Source of the DNA: Blasia pusilla
Lineage: Eukaryota
Reading direction: 5' to 3'
NCBI GenBank assembly: GCA_050084515.1
Contig: CM114271.1
Span: 9,052,001 to 9,116,000, forward strand
Length of the DNA: 64,000 nt
In this document: positions 11,301-22,479 of the stretch, in pieces
Position numbering within the stretch: position 1 is the first letter of the stretch
Layout of the letters: the number at the start of each line of letters is the position of its first letter
Program-made: the position numbers and the translations under genes
Notes under the pieces: model-generated
Told to the model about the DNA's origin: nothing
Seen by the model: the letters and a program-made list of their open reading frames with translations, nothing else
Databases searched by the model: none

Positions 11301-12689
11301 CGGAGTCCGACGGGTTGTCAGATTATCTGTATTTAGAGAGTGGTTTCAACCTGTGATCCTAAACTAGTGATCAGTCGAGCAACTTGTCAGAGTCCGACGA
11401 GTTGCTTTCGGCCAAAAACATTCCAAAAATAGTGGCGACTCAAACAACTTGTCGGAGTCTGATGGTTTGCAGCAAGAGGAAACTTACGTGTTCATGGCAT
11501 GCATGGCCATCTCCACCGTCGCCATGTGATGAGGGTATGGATGTAGCACCACTGCCTTCACGCAAAAATGCACCTCCAATGAGTTTGGGCGCTCCTCTGC
11601 AAACTGGGTCCACGCCATGAACCTGTGGTTTCCATCCCTGATGAAGAAATACAGGTTCCGCATCCAACTGAATTCCGTCCCCTCTATCGCCCTTCTGAAT
11701 TCCTGATCTCTCATCCTCCAGAATGTGTAGAGCGCTTCCAAGTCCTCCTCCGTAACCAACGCTTGGGTTCCATGGTCATCGTAAGGCTTAACATAGAACG
11801 GAATGAAGCTGTCGACGTAGGATGCTATCGTTGCCGATTGTTTCACCTTCGCAATATCCTCATCAGACTGAATTTCGCGGACGTACTCCATAGTTTGCAA
11901 TTGGAAAAGTGGAATTCTCGGGGCATACTGGCCCTCCATCAGTGCCATCTGCTTTACCACCTGTCACAGTGGGGACAAGGTCAATAAACTACACTGAATT
12001 GCCAATGAATTGCAACATGGGCCTTCACATAATTCAATGAACACAGATCCTCTCTTACCCGCTCGAAGATTGGGTCGGTGTCTAGGCCAGCCAACTGCTC
12101 TGGGATAGCGGCTGGCAAGTCCACTGGAAACTCGTTGATCCGATAGAGGTCGATTTCTTCCGCCGGGCTTAGGGACGAGGATGACCGCTCTCTTGCTTCT
12201 TCAGCGATGTCCACCATCTCCACGTTGGCGGTCCTCATGACCTCATCGTCCGTCACTTGAACTTTGGCCGTTTCCGCTATATCGATTGTGTCCCCGGACT
12301 TCATTGGGGATATTTCCTGCATCTCAACACTTTCGGTTGGACGGGCAGGGCTTTCTTCAATGGCAATTTCTTTTTCCCTCCGAGCTTTTTCCAATTCTGC
12401 TCTCCTCAACCTACACGTCCAGACGCTTCTTTTCTCGCTTTTCGTCGACGACCCTTTTCTTCAAGGCCTGCGACGCCTCAGCCTCTGCGTTCTATTTTTC
12501 GAGCGCCTCCTATACACCTTTTGCAAGAAGCTCCTGCTTGTGCATCTCCGCTTCCCTTTCCTGCTCCTCAATTTCTTGCTGCCTTATCTCATTGGCCGAA
12601 CGAGGCCCTGGAGATGGTGAAGCAGAAGTCCTCATGGACTTGGGAGTGAAGCTCCCAGCCTTGTTTGCTTGAGATTTTTTCCTCGTCAT
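8400..12689 (-). pseudogene. ParB-MTase gene copy 2 (most complete): exons ~12689-12059, 11960-11488, 11123-9141, 8707-~8400
   Basis: Introns 12058-11961 and 11487-11124 (GT..AG) and 9140-8708 (acceptor mutated to CAC) join the segments in phase. ParB-like DGNHR at 11636-11622, VDLLVADLPSG near 9400-9430, REKLPALMQTLIELCSRPGDLVFNLVGLSG near 8450-8545. Scattered stops and frameshifts. Confidence 0.75.
11488..11960 (-). CDS. ParB/Sulfiredoxin-like N-terminal domain exon
   Basis: RIPLFQL...VREIQSDEDIAKVKQS...PFYVKP...LYFFIRDGNHRFMAW...VKAVVL follows the ParB/Srx layout. Homologous exons at 16304-16626 and ~52165-52555 (WDGNHK). Confidence 0.7.
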
Positions 12690-12952
12690 TGTTTCCGAAA
12701 ATGCCTCCTATGGACAAGGAGATTTCTCTCTGTGCATGATGAATCGGCTTGAGGAATCGCCTTTATGAGTCGCCTTGCTGATATCGCGATGAGTTGGCTT
12801 GCTGATGTCGCAATGAGTCGCCTTGATGAGTAGCTCGAATCGTCTCACGATGAGTTGCCCTATAAAGCGCCCCTAGGTATCTGGTCAGCAGCTGCGCGGA
12901 AGAGCAATTGAGATTGCGAAACGAGAAACCGGAAATGAGCGAGCCTTCCCCT

Positions 12953-12988
12953 AATTATACTTTTCGAGCCGTTGGGGTGACCGTTGGG
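12953..12988 (-). promoter_or_regulatory. Putative promoter of the ParB-MTase gene: tandem MSA-like CCAACGG motifs plus TATA-like AAAAGTATAAT
   Basis: Minus strand reads CCCAACGGTCACCCCAACGGCTCGAAAAGTATAATT. Conserved at 17630-17665 (-) and 50940-50992 (+). Confidence 0.45.
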
Positions 12989-13049
12989 TCGCATCATCCT
13001 TCTGACGGCGACGTGCCGGCCATTAAGGAAGTCTGGATGTGAAAAAAAA

Positions 13050-13750
13050 CCAACCCGACAACTTCGAGAGGTTGCACGCTTCCCGAGGGTTCAAGGCATC
13101 CGTCCTCGTGGCAACCCGTCAGAGACCGACAGGTTGCGCGCCTCCTTCGTCTTCGGACAAGAACACGAGGTACCCGCGCAACCCGTCGGAGACCGACAGG
13201 TTGCGCACCTCCATCGTCTTCAGACAAGAACACGAGGTTCCCACGCAACCCGTCGGAGACTGACAGGTTGCCCGCCTATGCTGTCTTCGGACAAGAACGC
13301 GAGGTACCCGCGCAACCTGTCGGATTCCGGTGGGTTGCACGCTTCCCTCGTCTTGGGATAACAAGGCGGGCTTTCCGCGCAACTCATCAGAGGCCGACAG
13401 GTTGCATGCTTCCTTCATGTAAGCAAAACAAGGCGAGGCCCTTGCGTAACCCATCTGAGGCCAACGGGTTGCGCGCCTTCGCCGTCTTCGGGGAAGAAGG
13501 TGCGGCACCCGCGCAACTTGTTGTAGATCGACGGGTTGCACGCTTCCTTAATGTTAGCGTTACAAGGTGAGGCAGAAGCGTGCAACCTGTCCAAAGCCGA
13601 CGGGTTGCACGCTTTTCTTATGCTAGCTTAATAGGAGAGGTACCAGGGTTCCCCGTTGGTTATCAATAGGTTGCACGCTTTTCTATCCCTCGGGTAACAA
13701 TGCGACAACGCATAGTTCTGAGGCAACCCATTGCAATCCGACGGGTCACC
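13050..13750. repeat. 67-bp-period tandem array of 27-29 bp palindromes with related spacers
   Basis: Palindrome starts at 13111, 13178, 13245, 13312, 13379, 13446 and 13513. Confidence 0.92.
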
Positions 13751-14154
13751 AGATCTACCATGATTTGGAAAATCCTGCAAAAGTCCCCAACGATTGGTTG
13801 CCTAAGCATATGCAAGCGATATCTTGTGTTGATGCTAGCAAAATCGACTCAAAAAACCTTTGGTCGGCAAGAAGGGGGTACCAACCCAACGGACTCCGAC
13901 GGGTTCCAACAAAAAGAAGTGCATGATTTGAAACCAACGTCTTTGATTCCCAAATTGTGCAACCCACTTGACTCTGACAGTTTGCAACAAAATTGGATCC
14001 ATTGTGTCAGACATTTTCAACTACCAAACTTTATCTTGTCAGTCAAATTCTGTCAGGAGAATCTGAGTCCCTATTCACTATAAATTAAACAATCTCATTC
14101 TCATTCTCATTCTCATACCAATTCTCTGTCTCCTCCCGGTGGAATCTTCTGGGA

Positions 14155-15150
14155 ATGGAAAATTATGTGAAGCTCACTTGTGGCAGTCATCTAGCGGCCC
14201 TTCCTCAATCAGAAATCGTTCGACCGCAAGCTCGTGAGTCTTTCATAGCAGTGGATGGAAATTTTCTCTCACTTCGATTTCTTCTCCAAATTGGAACCAT
14301 CTTTGTATCCAAGGATGTTAGGGTGGATGGTACGGAGGACATTATAGGTGAGACAGTCCAGCCAGTGATTTCAGATCGTAAAGTATGGAATCTCCTACCT
14401 CTAGCAAATGGTCAATACAGAGTTTACAGCTTGCCCCTGAATTCCTCTGTTTCCCAAGTAGACGGTCGAGAATTTCCTAGTGCACCGAGCTCTACGTTTG
14501 CAACTCCTAGCTCAGTAGATCCGGCTTTGACTCCAACTTCACACGCTTGTAACAATGTTGTACTTCCTGAAGATATTCCGGATGTTGTCAACCTCACTGG
14601 ATCTGTCAGACACCAACCGGGCCCTCTGTCCGCCTACTCGTTCCTCTTGCGAGTATCAGGCAATAGTTTGCTATCGTCTCTAGTCTTGAAAATGTTCAAG
14701 CACATTCTTGTCGACGAGCTGCCGCCCACGTACGATGGTAATTGCATTTTTGAGTTGCCTCCACTTGCTGGTCCTGCCCAAAAGAAAGATGGAGGACGCT
14801 TGAAGGGTATGGACATAAAGTCTGATTGTCATCGATGGTGCAGGCTTCAACGGACTAGTGCTTCAATTCTAGATGGTCCTTGGATTGTCTCCCGCCGCCA
14901 ATGCGTTGGAGCCTTGGAGTATAGAAGTCCAGCATGCCCGTATCTAGAGCGCAATGGGCGAGTCAATACGTCGCAATTCCCCCCCAAGAATGCACAAACT
15001 CCATATGAGGTCGGTGCCCCCATACCGCCGGGAGGCCATCGATGTCCTCATTGTCAGGCATCCCCCTTCTGAGTTGGAGCTTGTCCTGCAGACATATTTT
15101 TCATTGTGCACGACTTGGGCTCCACATTGATGAAGTTGGTGTCTCTTCAA
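14155..15150 (+). pseudogene. N-terminal part of the element's putative transposase (Cys-rich GCM-like Zn domain), divergent from the ParB-MTase gene
   Basis: 305-aa ORF with RRQCVGALEYRSPACPYL...HRCPHCQ, then *VGACPA past a stop. A second decayed copy lies at 21489-22310. Confidence 0.5.
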
Positions 15151-15154
15151 TATC

Positions 15155-15654
15155 TGTAACTACCTAGATCTATGGTTTTTCCTACGATCCCTATGAATCC
15201 GCGGTACAAAACTGTCCTAACTACCAATTTGATACAAAGGGTCGCGCCCTTTCCTAGTCTCATTCTGTAAACTATGTGTCGGTTCAAATCTCAATCATGC
15301 TGAGCTTCGCTGCGCTAAATTTCCGGAGGACGAAGTTCTTCCTTCTTCTTCGTGCTTCGTGCTTCGTTCAAGAGCGAGGTACTTCGTATATAGAGCTTCG
15401 TTGAGCTTTGTTAGACTTTGTTAAGCTTCCTTGGGCTTCGCTGAGCTTTGCGTTGATCCTTTATACTTCTTTACAGCTTTTGATTCTCCTCTAAGGCAAA
15501 TCCTTGATCTTGATCTCTCTGCCTTGTCTTCGGAGCTTGGTGATTCACTTATTCTTCTCCCTAATAATAGATAATAATCCAAATCATAATATACAAGAGT
15601 CTTCGTTGAATAAAAAGATATATTCTTCAAGATTACAAAATTGTGGGCATCACA
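15155..15654 (-). mobile_element. Partial LTR, same family as 40736-42032
   Basis: Similar to ~41410-42032; ends ...AAATTGTGGGCATCACA. Confidence 0.75.
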
Positions 15655-16302
15655 CATGGCTTGCTTCAAGGTTTTGTTGTCCTTGCAGCGTTGGAGTAGA
15701 GTGACATGCTCTGTCCTCTTATTCTCCTTGATGCAAGATTTGGTGTACCGGGTCACAAACTGTTGCCAATGGAAAGCATCTGACCTTTCCCTCTCCGGTT
15801 GAACCTCTCCACCCCAGAACGCTTCCCGGATAGCAATCCACCCAAGTTGTGCATTGTTCGCCATGAACCCATAAATTTCCGGAGGTGGCCTTTTGTTTTC
15901 CTTCACCACCTCCAATAAGAGTAACCAGCACATCTTCAAACTGCCAACGTCTTCTGCCTTTACTTCACAGACAAATATAGTTTTGAGTCCCTTCTCCACA
16001 TGGTCATAAACGTGAGCACCCATCGTCAACCATCCGTTCAAAGACTCAGAGCAAATATCAAAGCTTACCCAGCTCCCGTAAAGATCTTCCCCTTCCTCAT
16101 TCGATCTATAAGATCGAGGCCACTCGACGGACCTGTGGTTGACATTTTGAAGACATAGGCCCTGGATCCCTCGCCTCCCTGGCCCATGAACTGCCATCTC
16201 TGAATGAATGGAAATTTGGAGTTGGCCTTGATTCTAGCGATGGCATCCATTTTGGCCGTCTTTCCATCTAGAACTTGTATTTGACGCAGCAAATTCCGAG
16301 TC
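15655..16302 (-). pseudogene. MULE-like DDE transposase core fragment
   Basis: WVSFDICSESLNGWLTMGAHVYD...GFMANNAQLGWIAIREAF...DAFHWQQ resembles the MULE D..D..CxxH layout. Confidence 0.6.
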
Positions 16303-16303
16303 C

Positions 16304-17346
16304 TAGATGAAGAAATACAAGTTCCGCATCCAGCTGAATTCCGTCCCCTCTATCGCCCTTCTGAATTCCTGATCTCTCATCCTCCAGAATGTGTCGAGAT
16401 TTTCCAAGTCCTCCTCCGTAACCAGGGCTTGCGTTCCATGCTCGTTGTAAGGCTTAACATAGAAGGGAGGAAAGCTATTGACATAGGATGCTGTTGCCGC
16501 CGATTGTTTAAGCTTCGCGATGTCCTCGTCGGACTGAATTTCGCGGACGTGTTCCATTGTCCGCAACCGGCAGAGTGGAATCCTCGGGGCGTTGTGGCCC
16601 TCCATGAGTGCCATCTGCTTTACCACCTATCAGAACCAGGACAAGATCAATAAGCTACACTGAATTCCCAATGAATTGCAATTCACATAATTCAAAAAAC
16701 CCAGATTCTCTCTTACTCGCTCGAAAATTGGGTCGGTTTCTTGACCAGCCAACTTGTCTGAGACAGAAGCTGGAAAATCGACTGGGAACTTGTCGATCCG
16801 ATAGAGGTCGGTGTCTTCCGCCGGGCTTGGAGACGAGAATGACCGCTCTCCGGCTTCTTCGGCAATGTCCACCATCTCCACGCTGGTGGTCCTCATGACC
16901 TCATCCTCCGTGATTTGAACTCCTGGCGTTTTCGCTATGTTGATTGTGCCCCTAGACTTCATCGGGGACATTTCCCGCATCTCAACACTTTCGGTTGGAC
17001 GGGCAAGGCTATCGTTAATGGCTATCGCTTTTTCCCTCCTCGCTTTAGCCAAGTTTGGTCTCCTCACCGACGCATCCAGATGCTTCTTTTCTCTCTTTTC
17101 GTCGGCGATCCTTTTCTTCAAGGCCTGCGACATCTGAGCCTTTGCGTTCAGTCTATTGAGCGCCTCTTGAACACATCTCGCAAGAAGCTCCTGGTTGTGC
17201 ATCTCCACTTCCCTTTCCCGCTCCTCGATTTCTTGCTGCCTAATTTCATTTTCCGAACGAGGCCTTGGAGATGCTGACGCAGGAGTCCTAATGGACTTCG
17301 GAGTGAAGCTCCCAGACTTGTTTGCTTGTGATTTTTTCCGCGTCAT
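16304..17346 (-). pseudogene. ParB-MTase gene copy 3 (exon 1 plus ParB exon, truncated just before DGNHR)
   Basis: MTRKKSQANKSGSFTPKS...IFER|GTAAGA...TAG|VVKQMALMEG...NLYFFI. Confidence 0.75.
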
Positions 17347-17726
17347 TTTTTCCGGAAATACCTCCACCTATGTCCACGATGAATCGCTTGATCAGTCGCC
17401 TTGCTGATGTCGAGATGAGTCGCCTTGATGGGTAGCTCGAATCGTCTCGCGATCGTTCAGTCGAACTGTCTCGCTCTCGTTCGGTCCAACCGTCTCGCTC
17501 TCGTTCCCTCGTATCGACTCGCAATGACTCGCCATGTGAAACGCCCCTTGGTATCTGATTAGTTGCTACGCGGGAGAGAGAGGAATGGAGATCGCCAAAT
17601 GAGAAACCGGAAATGAGCGATTTCTGCCCTATTTTTACTTTTCTAGCCGTTGGGCTGACAGTTGGGTCCCGTCGTCATTTCGACGGCGACGTGCCGGAGG
17701 TGACGGAAGTCCGGACGTGAAAAATG

Positions 17727-18155
17727 GCAACCCGTCGGAGTCCGACAGGTTGCGCGCCTCCGCCGTCCTGGGTACGTTGCCACGTGCGCGAGCAACCCAT
17801 CGGAGACCGACGGGTTGAGCGCCTCCGCCGTCTTTGGACAAGAACGTGAGGTACCCGCGCAACCCGTTGGAGACCGACATGTTGCGCGCCTCCGCCGTGT
17901 TCGGACAAGAACGGGATGAACCCGCGCAATCCGTCGGAGACCGTTGGGTTGCACGCTTCCCTCGTCAAGGGTTAACAACGCGGGCTTCCCGCGCAACTCG
18001 TCGGAGTCCGACCGGTTGCACGCTTCCTTCATGTAAGCACCACAAGGCGACGCCCTTGCGCAACCCATTAAAGGGCGACGGGTTGCACGCCTCGCCGTCT
18101 TTGGGCAAATAGGTGCGGCACCCGCGGAACTCATCGAGAACAGACGGTTTGCACG
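17727..18155. repeat. 67-bp-period palindrome array (copy 3)
   Basis: Units at 17727, 17792, 17859, 17926, 17993, 18060 and ~18127. Confidence 0.9.
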
Positions 18156-18189
18156 CCTCCGGCATCTTCGGGCAAGAAGGAGCAGTATC

Positions 18190-19626
18190 CGAAAGTGTTC
18201 ATTCCTCCTGGAGGTCGTCACAAGCATGCCAACAAATTTCACTTGTGGAGGCATGCCAACAAGACCAGGCAAGAGCAATGCTACAGCTTGTAGCATCCCA
18301 TATCTTCCTCACAAAAGGCATAACAAAAGGAAAGGGATCGTCGATCTACGAGCTCTATGTCAGGGCGGCTGTGAGATCTGGTGATGAAAAAATGTATGTG
18401 GAAGCCTTCAACCGGTGCGTAGCTAGAATTCCCCTCGAGCAAGACATACACATTGGTGGGGATATTCGTGGGCGGGTTTCAGGACGTCCCATACTGAGAT
18501 GGTAGTAAGCGATCCGAAGCGAGACTCGTGGAGACCAGATAAGTATCTTGACTTCAGGCAGGTGAAGAGGCAACATCAAGGAACGAATCCGGTGATTGAT
18601 TTGGATGAGGAAATTACGCCGCTCAGGTATTCGGGGACCCTAGACCCGTCCCAAATCCGTGATGGAGTTACTTCTCCAAAATCAGTGAATGTTTTATTTC
18701 AAAAGCCCTCCGTTGCTGGAAGTTCGCAACATCCTCCTTTGGGGTGGTTCAACAATATGGGATTCCGGTAATGGAGGTGGATTGCAACCTAAAACGGTGG
18801 CATATATCTTGGAGCAACCCAAGACGTGGACCCACGCAGGGGATCGATGGCATTAGGACAAAGATGCGGCACTTTCCTAAATAAGAATTGTACAAGGACT
18901 GGACGACCACTGCCTGGGTTTTGGGGACTCAAAACCTTTGATCGTTTCACGAGAACCGGGGATCAATTGAAGTACTTCTTCTGCCCAAATGAATCTTGCG
19001 CTTTCCGGAAGTCTTATCCGGCGCCATTGAGCTCGGGAATACCCCACGATTTGGCCCATCGCGGAGGTATGAGCTGCACTCAAGAAGTGGACAATCTTAC
19101 AAGTGTCGGTTTTAGATCAGAGCGGGGAAGTTCGAGCATGTTCGCAGACATGAGTCCTTTGCATTTCGTATTCAACCCAAGATTGATGTCAACATGTATC
19201 CGGAGAAGGTGGATGATCTCAATCCACTATTTCTGTTTGAGTCTAGAAATGGGGTGAAGAGAAGCAGAATGTGTAGGCCAATGGTGGAGAGCGCAGCTTA
19301 ATTGCATCGCCTTGGGAGGCAAATCGGAGATCATCGCCACGAAAGATGTCTTGAGTGGCAATGGAATAGGAAGGATGTATTGGGTCAGGAACAACACTGT
19401 AAATTCAAGTGTCACAAGGGTGTATGTGGTGCACATCTGTTGCTTTCCCACATGTTCATGTGATGACTTTGTCCAAAGAGAGACAAGTGGCAAAAGGTAT
19501 TTCCCTTGTAAGCACATGTAGTATGTATTGCTGGTAGTTTTAAGAGAGTCGGAGGTAGGAGTAGGAATCCACCAACCAATTTTGTCCCTCAAAGAAGTGC
19601 GAAGTATTTTAAACAAACCACTTTGA
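18190..19626 (+). pseudogene. C-terminal part of MULE-like transposase ending in a SWIM zinc finger
   Basis: ESVHSSW...LVEACQQD and YVVHICCFPTCSCDDFVQRETSGKRYFPCKHM (CxC-xn-CxH). Confidence 0.6.
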
Positions 19627-19999
19627 GGATGCAAAATGAGGTTTTAGATTGTACTTTCATTTTTCAAGAACCATCACTTTTAGCTTGAACTCTATTCAGC
19701 CCACAGCAAATGGTTGATTGTTTCTAGACCTTGGATGGAAAAAGTGATTGGTTCCACACTTATGATTCCACTGATTTTTCAGTTTTGTATATTTTGTGTA
19801 ATTTGCAACCGGTCGGACTCAAATGGGTTGCCAAAATATGGGAGAAAAAAAAAAGTGTGGGACTGCTTGATAACTGAACAAAAAAGTGCAAAAAAATTCA
19901 CACAAAAAGTTTCCTCTCTTCAACCCAACGGAAACTCTCTTAAAAAAAAAGTATCTTTTTCGGTTGAAGGTAGTTTCCTCTCTCCTCTCTCCTCTTACC

Positions 20000-20191
20000 G
20001 GTCCTCCTTCATGATCCACTCCAATACTCCTCATAATATCCAATATGCAAAAATAATATTCAAGACAGTCTTCTATCGACAAAATTTACTTCAAATAATC
20101 TTCATCCTTGAAGAGATCCATACTCACGTTGAATAAAAATGTATTAATCTGCAAAATTACAAAATTGTGGGTATCACATACCCCCTCCCTC
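20000..20191 (-). mobile_element. LTR terminus with adjacent polypurine tract (family of 40736-42032)
   Basis: ...AAATTGTGGGTATCACA (20178) is followed by TACCCCCTCCCTC, which is a PPT on the minus strand. Confidence 0.6.
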
Positions 20192-20259
20192 AAATATGAG
20201 CCACCTCATTGTTCTACATCTAAGTTCATAAATATTTCTTCTAATCCTTCAAACTCATT

Positions 20260-20620
20260 TGCAGGAGGAAAATGATGGAGAGAGCAAAGTGAATCGCATC
20301 AGCTCAAGAGGCAAACATGGAAATCATCGCCACAAAATACGTTAATAGTGGCAAGGGAATAAGAAGGATGTATTGGGTCAAGAACAAAATTGTGAATTCA
20401 AGTGTGACAAGGCTTTTTGTGGTACACATCTATTGCTTTCCCACATGTTCCTGTGATGACTTTGTCCATAGAGAGACAAGTGGGAAAAGTTATTTCCTTG
20501 TAAGCACATGCACTATGTATTGCTTGTAGTTTTAAGAGAGTCAGAGATAGGAGTAGTAATCCACCAACCAATTTTGTCCCTCAAAGAAGTGCAAAGTATC
20601 TTAAACAAACCACTTTGAGG
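20260..20620 (+). pseudogene. Duplicate SWIM-finger segment
   Basis: FVVHIYCFPTCSCDDFVHRETSGK. 20270-21010 duplicates ~19260-19995. Confidence 0.7.
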
Positions 20621-21488
20621 ATGCAAAATGAGGTCTTAGATTGTACTTTGAAGTGCCGAAATGTTCACTATGAGCTTGAACTCTAATCAGCTAAGGGAAA
20701 ATGATGAAATTTTTTCAGACCTTGGATAGAGAAAGTGATTTGTTCCACATTTATGATTCCCATGATTTTTTTTTTTTTATTTTGTGCAAGTTGCGAACGG
20801 TCGGATTTAGACGGATTGCCACAATATGGAAGAGGAAAAACCAATTTGTGGGAGTGACTAAGCTTAGAACAAAATTGCAAAAATGGTCACAAAATAATCT
20901 TCCTCTCTTCAACCCAACAGAAACTCTCTTCAAATCACAAGAAACTCTCTTAAAAAAAGTATCTCTTTGGGTTGAAGGTAGTTTCCTCTCTCCTCTCTTC
21001 CTCTCCTCTTACTCTGCCTCGCACGGGGGTCGGGATCAGACTAGGCCGTCCTCTGGGTGGTGCGTTTGCCACCTTTTGCAACCCGATCGGTTGCTTCAGC
21101 GAGAGTGGAGTGTCCCACGAATCAGGTTCGTCGTCCTTGGGGACGGCGTAGAACATGACGAGGGGTTGTGAGAGGGACACCCATCTAGCACGGTCCCCTT
21201 TCTGGCTGTCATTGTGCAACCCGTCAAACTCCGTTGGATTTCACTATGATAAACTTCTTCACTTTCTCACCCACCATTTTGAAATTTTTTCTGCAACCAA
21301 TCCGATTGTAACTTTTTTTAATGCAATTTCCTTGGTCCAGATAGTGACCGATAATCTCCCCTACCAACCAACAGCTTGTCAGACGATTTTTGTCAAAATT
21401 TTAATGGTCACTCTTTACTATAAATTGAACATTCTAATTATTATTCTTATTCTTACCTTGGTGGAATCATCGTTGCTGTCATCTTCAA

Positions 21489-22310
21489 ATGGATAATTAT
21501 GTGAAGCCACATGTGGCAATCATCTAGCGGTCCTTTCTCAATCCGAAATAATTTGACGGCAAGCTGGTGATTCTTATGTACAAGTGGATGAAAATTTCCT
21601 CTCACTCCGATTTCTTCTCCAAATTGGAATAATCTTCATTTCCAAGGATGTCAAGGTGGATGGAACGGAGGACGTTATAGGTGAAATAGTCCAACCACGG
21701 ATTGGAGACTCCAAAGTATGGAATCTCTTACCTTACACAAATGGAAAATATAGAGTGTATGGCTTGTCTCTGAAGCCCTTTGTTTCTCAAGTTGATGGTA
21801 TACAACTTTTGAGTGCACCAAGCTCCACGTTTGCCACCCCTACTTGTGGAGATCTAGCATCGACTCCAACCTCACACGTTTGTGACAATGTTTTTTTGCA
21901 TGAAGACATTCTGGATGTAATCAACCTTGCAGGATCTGTTGGACACCAACCAGACCCTCCTTTGCATACTCATTCCTATTGCGAGTTTCAGGAAATATTT
22001 TTTTATTGTCTCTGCCCTTGAAAATGTTCAAGCACATTCTTGTCGACTAGTTGCCACCCATGTATGACAAAAACTCTATTTTTGAATTTCCTCCACTTGC
22101 TGGTCCTGCTTAGAAGAAAGATAGAGGACGCTTGAAGGGTATGGAGAGAAAGTCTGACTTTCATCGATGGTGCAGGCTACAGCGGATGAGTGCTTCAGTC
22201 CAATGTGGTCCTTGGATTGTTTCTCGCCGCCAATTCTTTGGAGCCCTGGAGTGTAGAACTCCTGGATACCCATTTCTAGATCAGAATGGGCAAGTCAATA
22301 CGTAGCAATA
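21489..22310 (+). pseudogene. Second copy of the GCM-like N-terminal transposase ORF
   Basis: Clear similarity to 14155-14975 (NFLSLRFLLQIG...KVWNLLP); preceded by palindromes at ~21077 and ~21215. Confidence 0.65.
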
Positions 22311-22479
22311 ATCTCTTTGGGTTGACAACAGTTTCCTCTCTTCCTCTCCTCTCACCGCTCCTCCTTAGGGATCCGCTTAGCTGCAGCCGCACAAACTCAA
22401 CACCATCTCGGACCTCCTGGTACTCGAGAGTGAATTGATAATTAGCACCTTAAACTCCTTCTAACTCAGAGGTGAACCA

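Noticed and set aside
8400-12689. Bacterial or phage contamination explaining ParB and MTase
   Set aside because: The gene has GT-AG introns, exists as multiple decayed copies and is interleaved with plant LTR elements.
13050-13750. CRISPR array (palindromic ~29-bp repeat with ~38-bp spacers)
   Set aside because: Spacers are homologous to one another, no cas genes are present, the context is eukaryotic, and the same repeat is scattered in introns.
12984-14083. Many overlapping ORFs across palindrome arrays (also 17635-18296 and 50231-51038)
   Set aside because: They are translations of the repeat (CNPSDSDGL / QPVGVRRVA / ATRRTPTG), not proteins.
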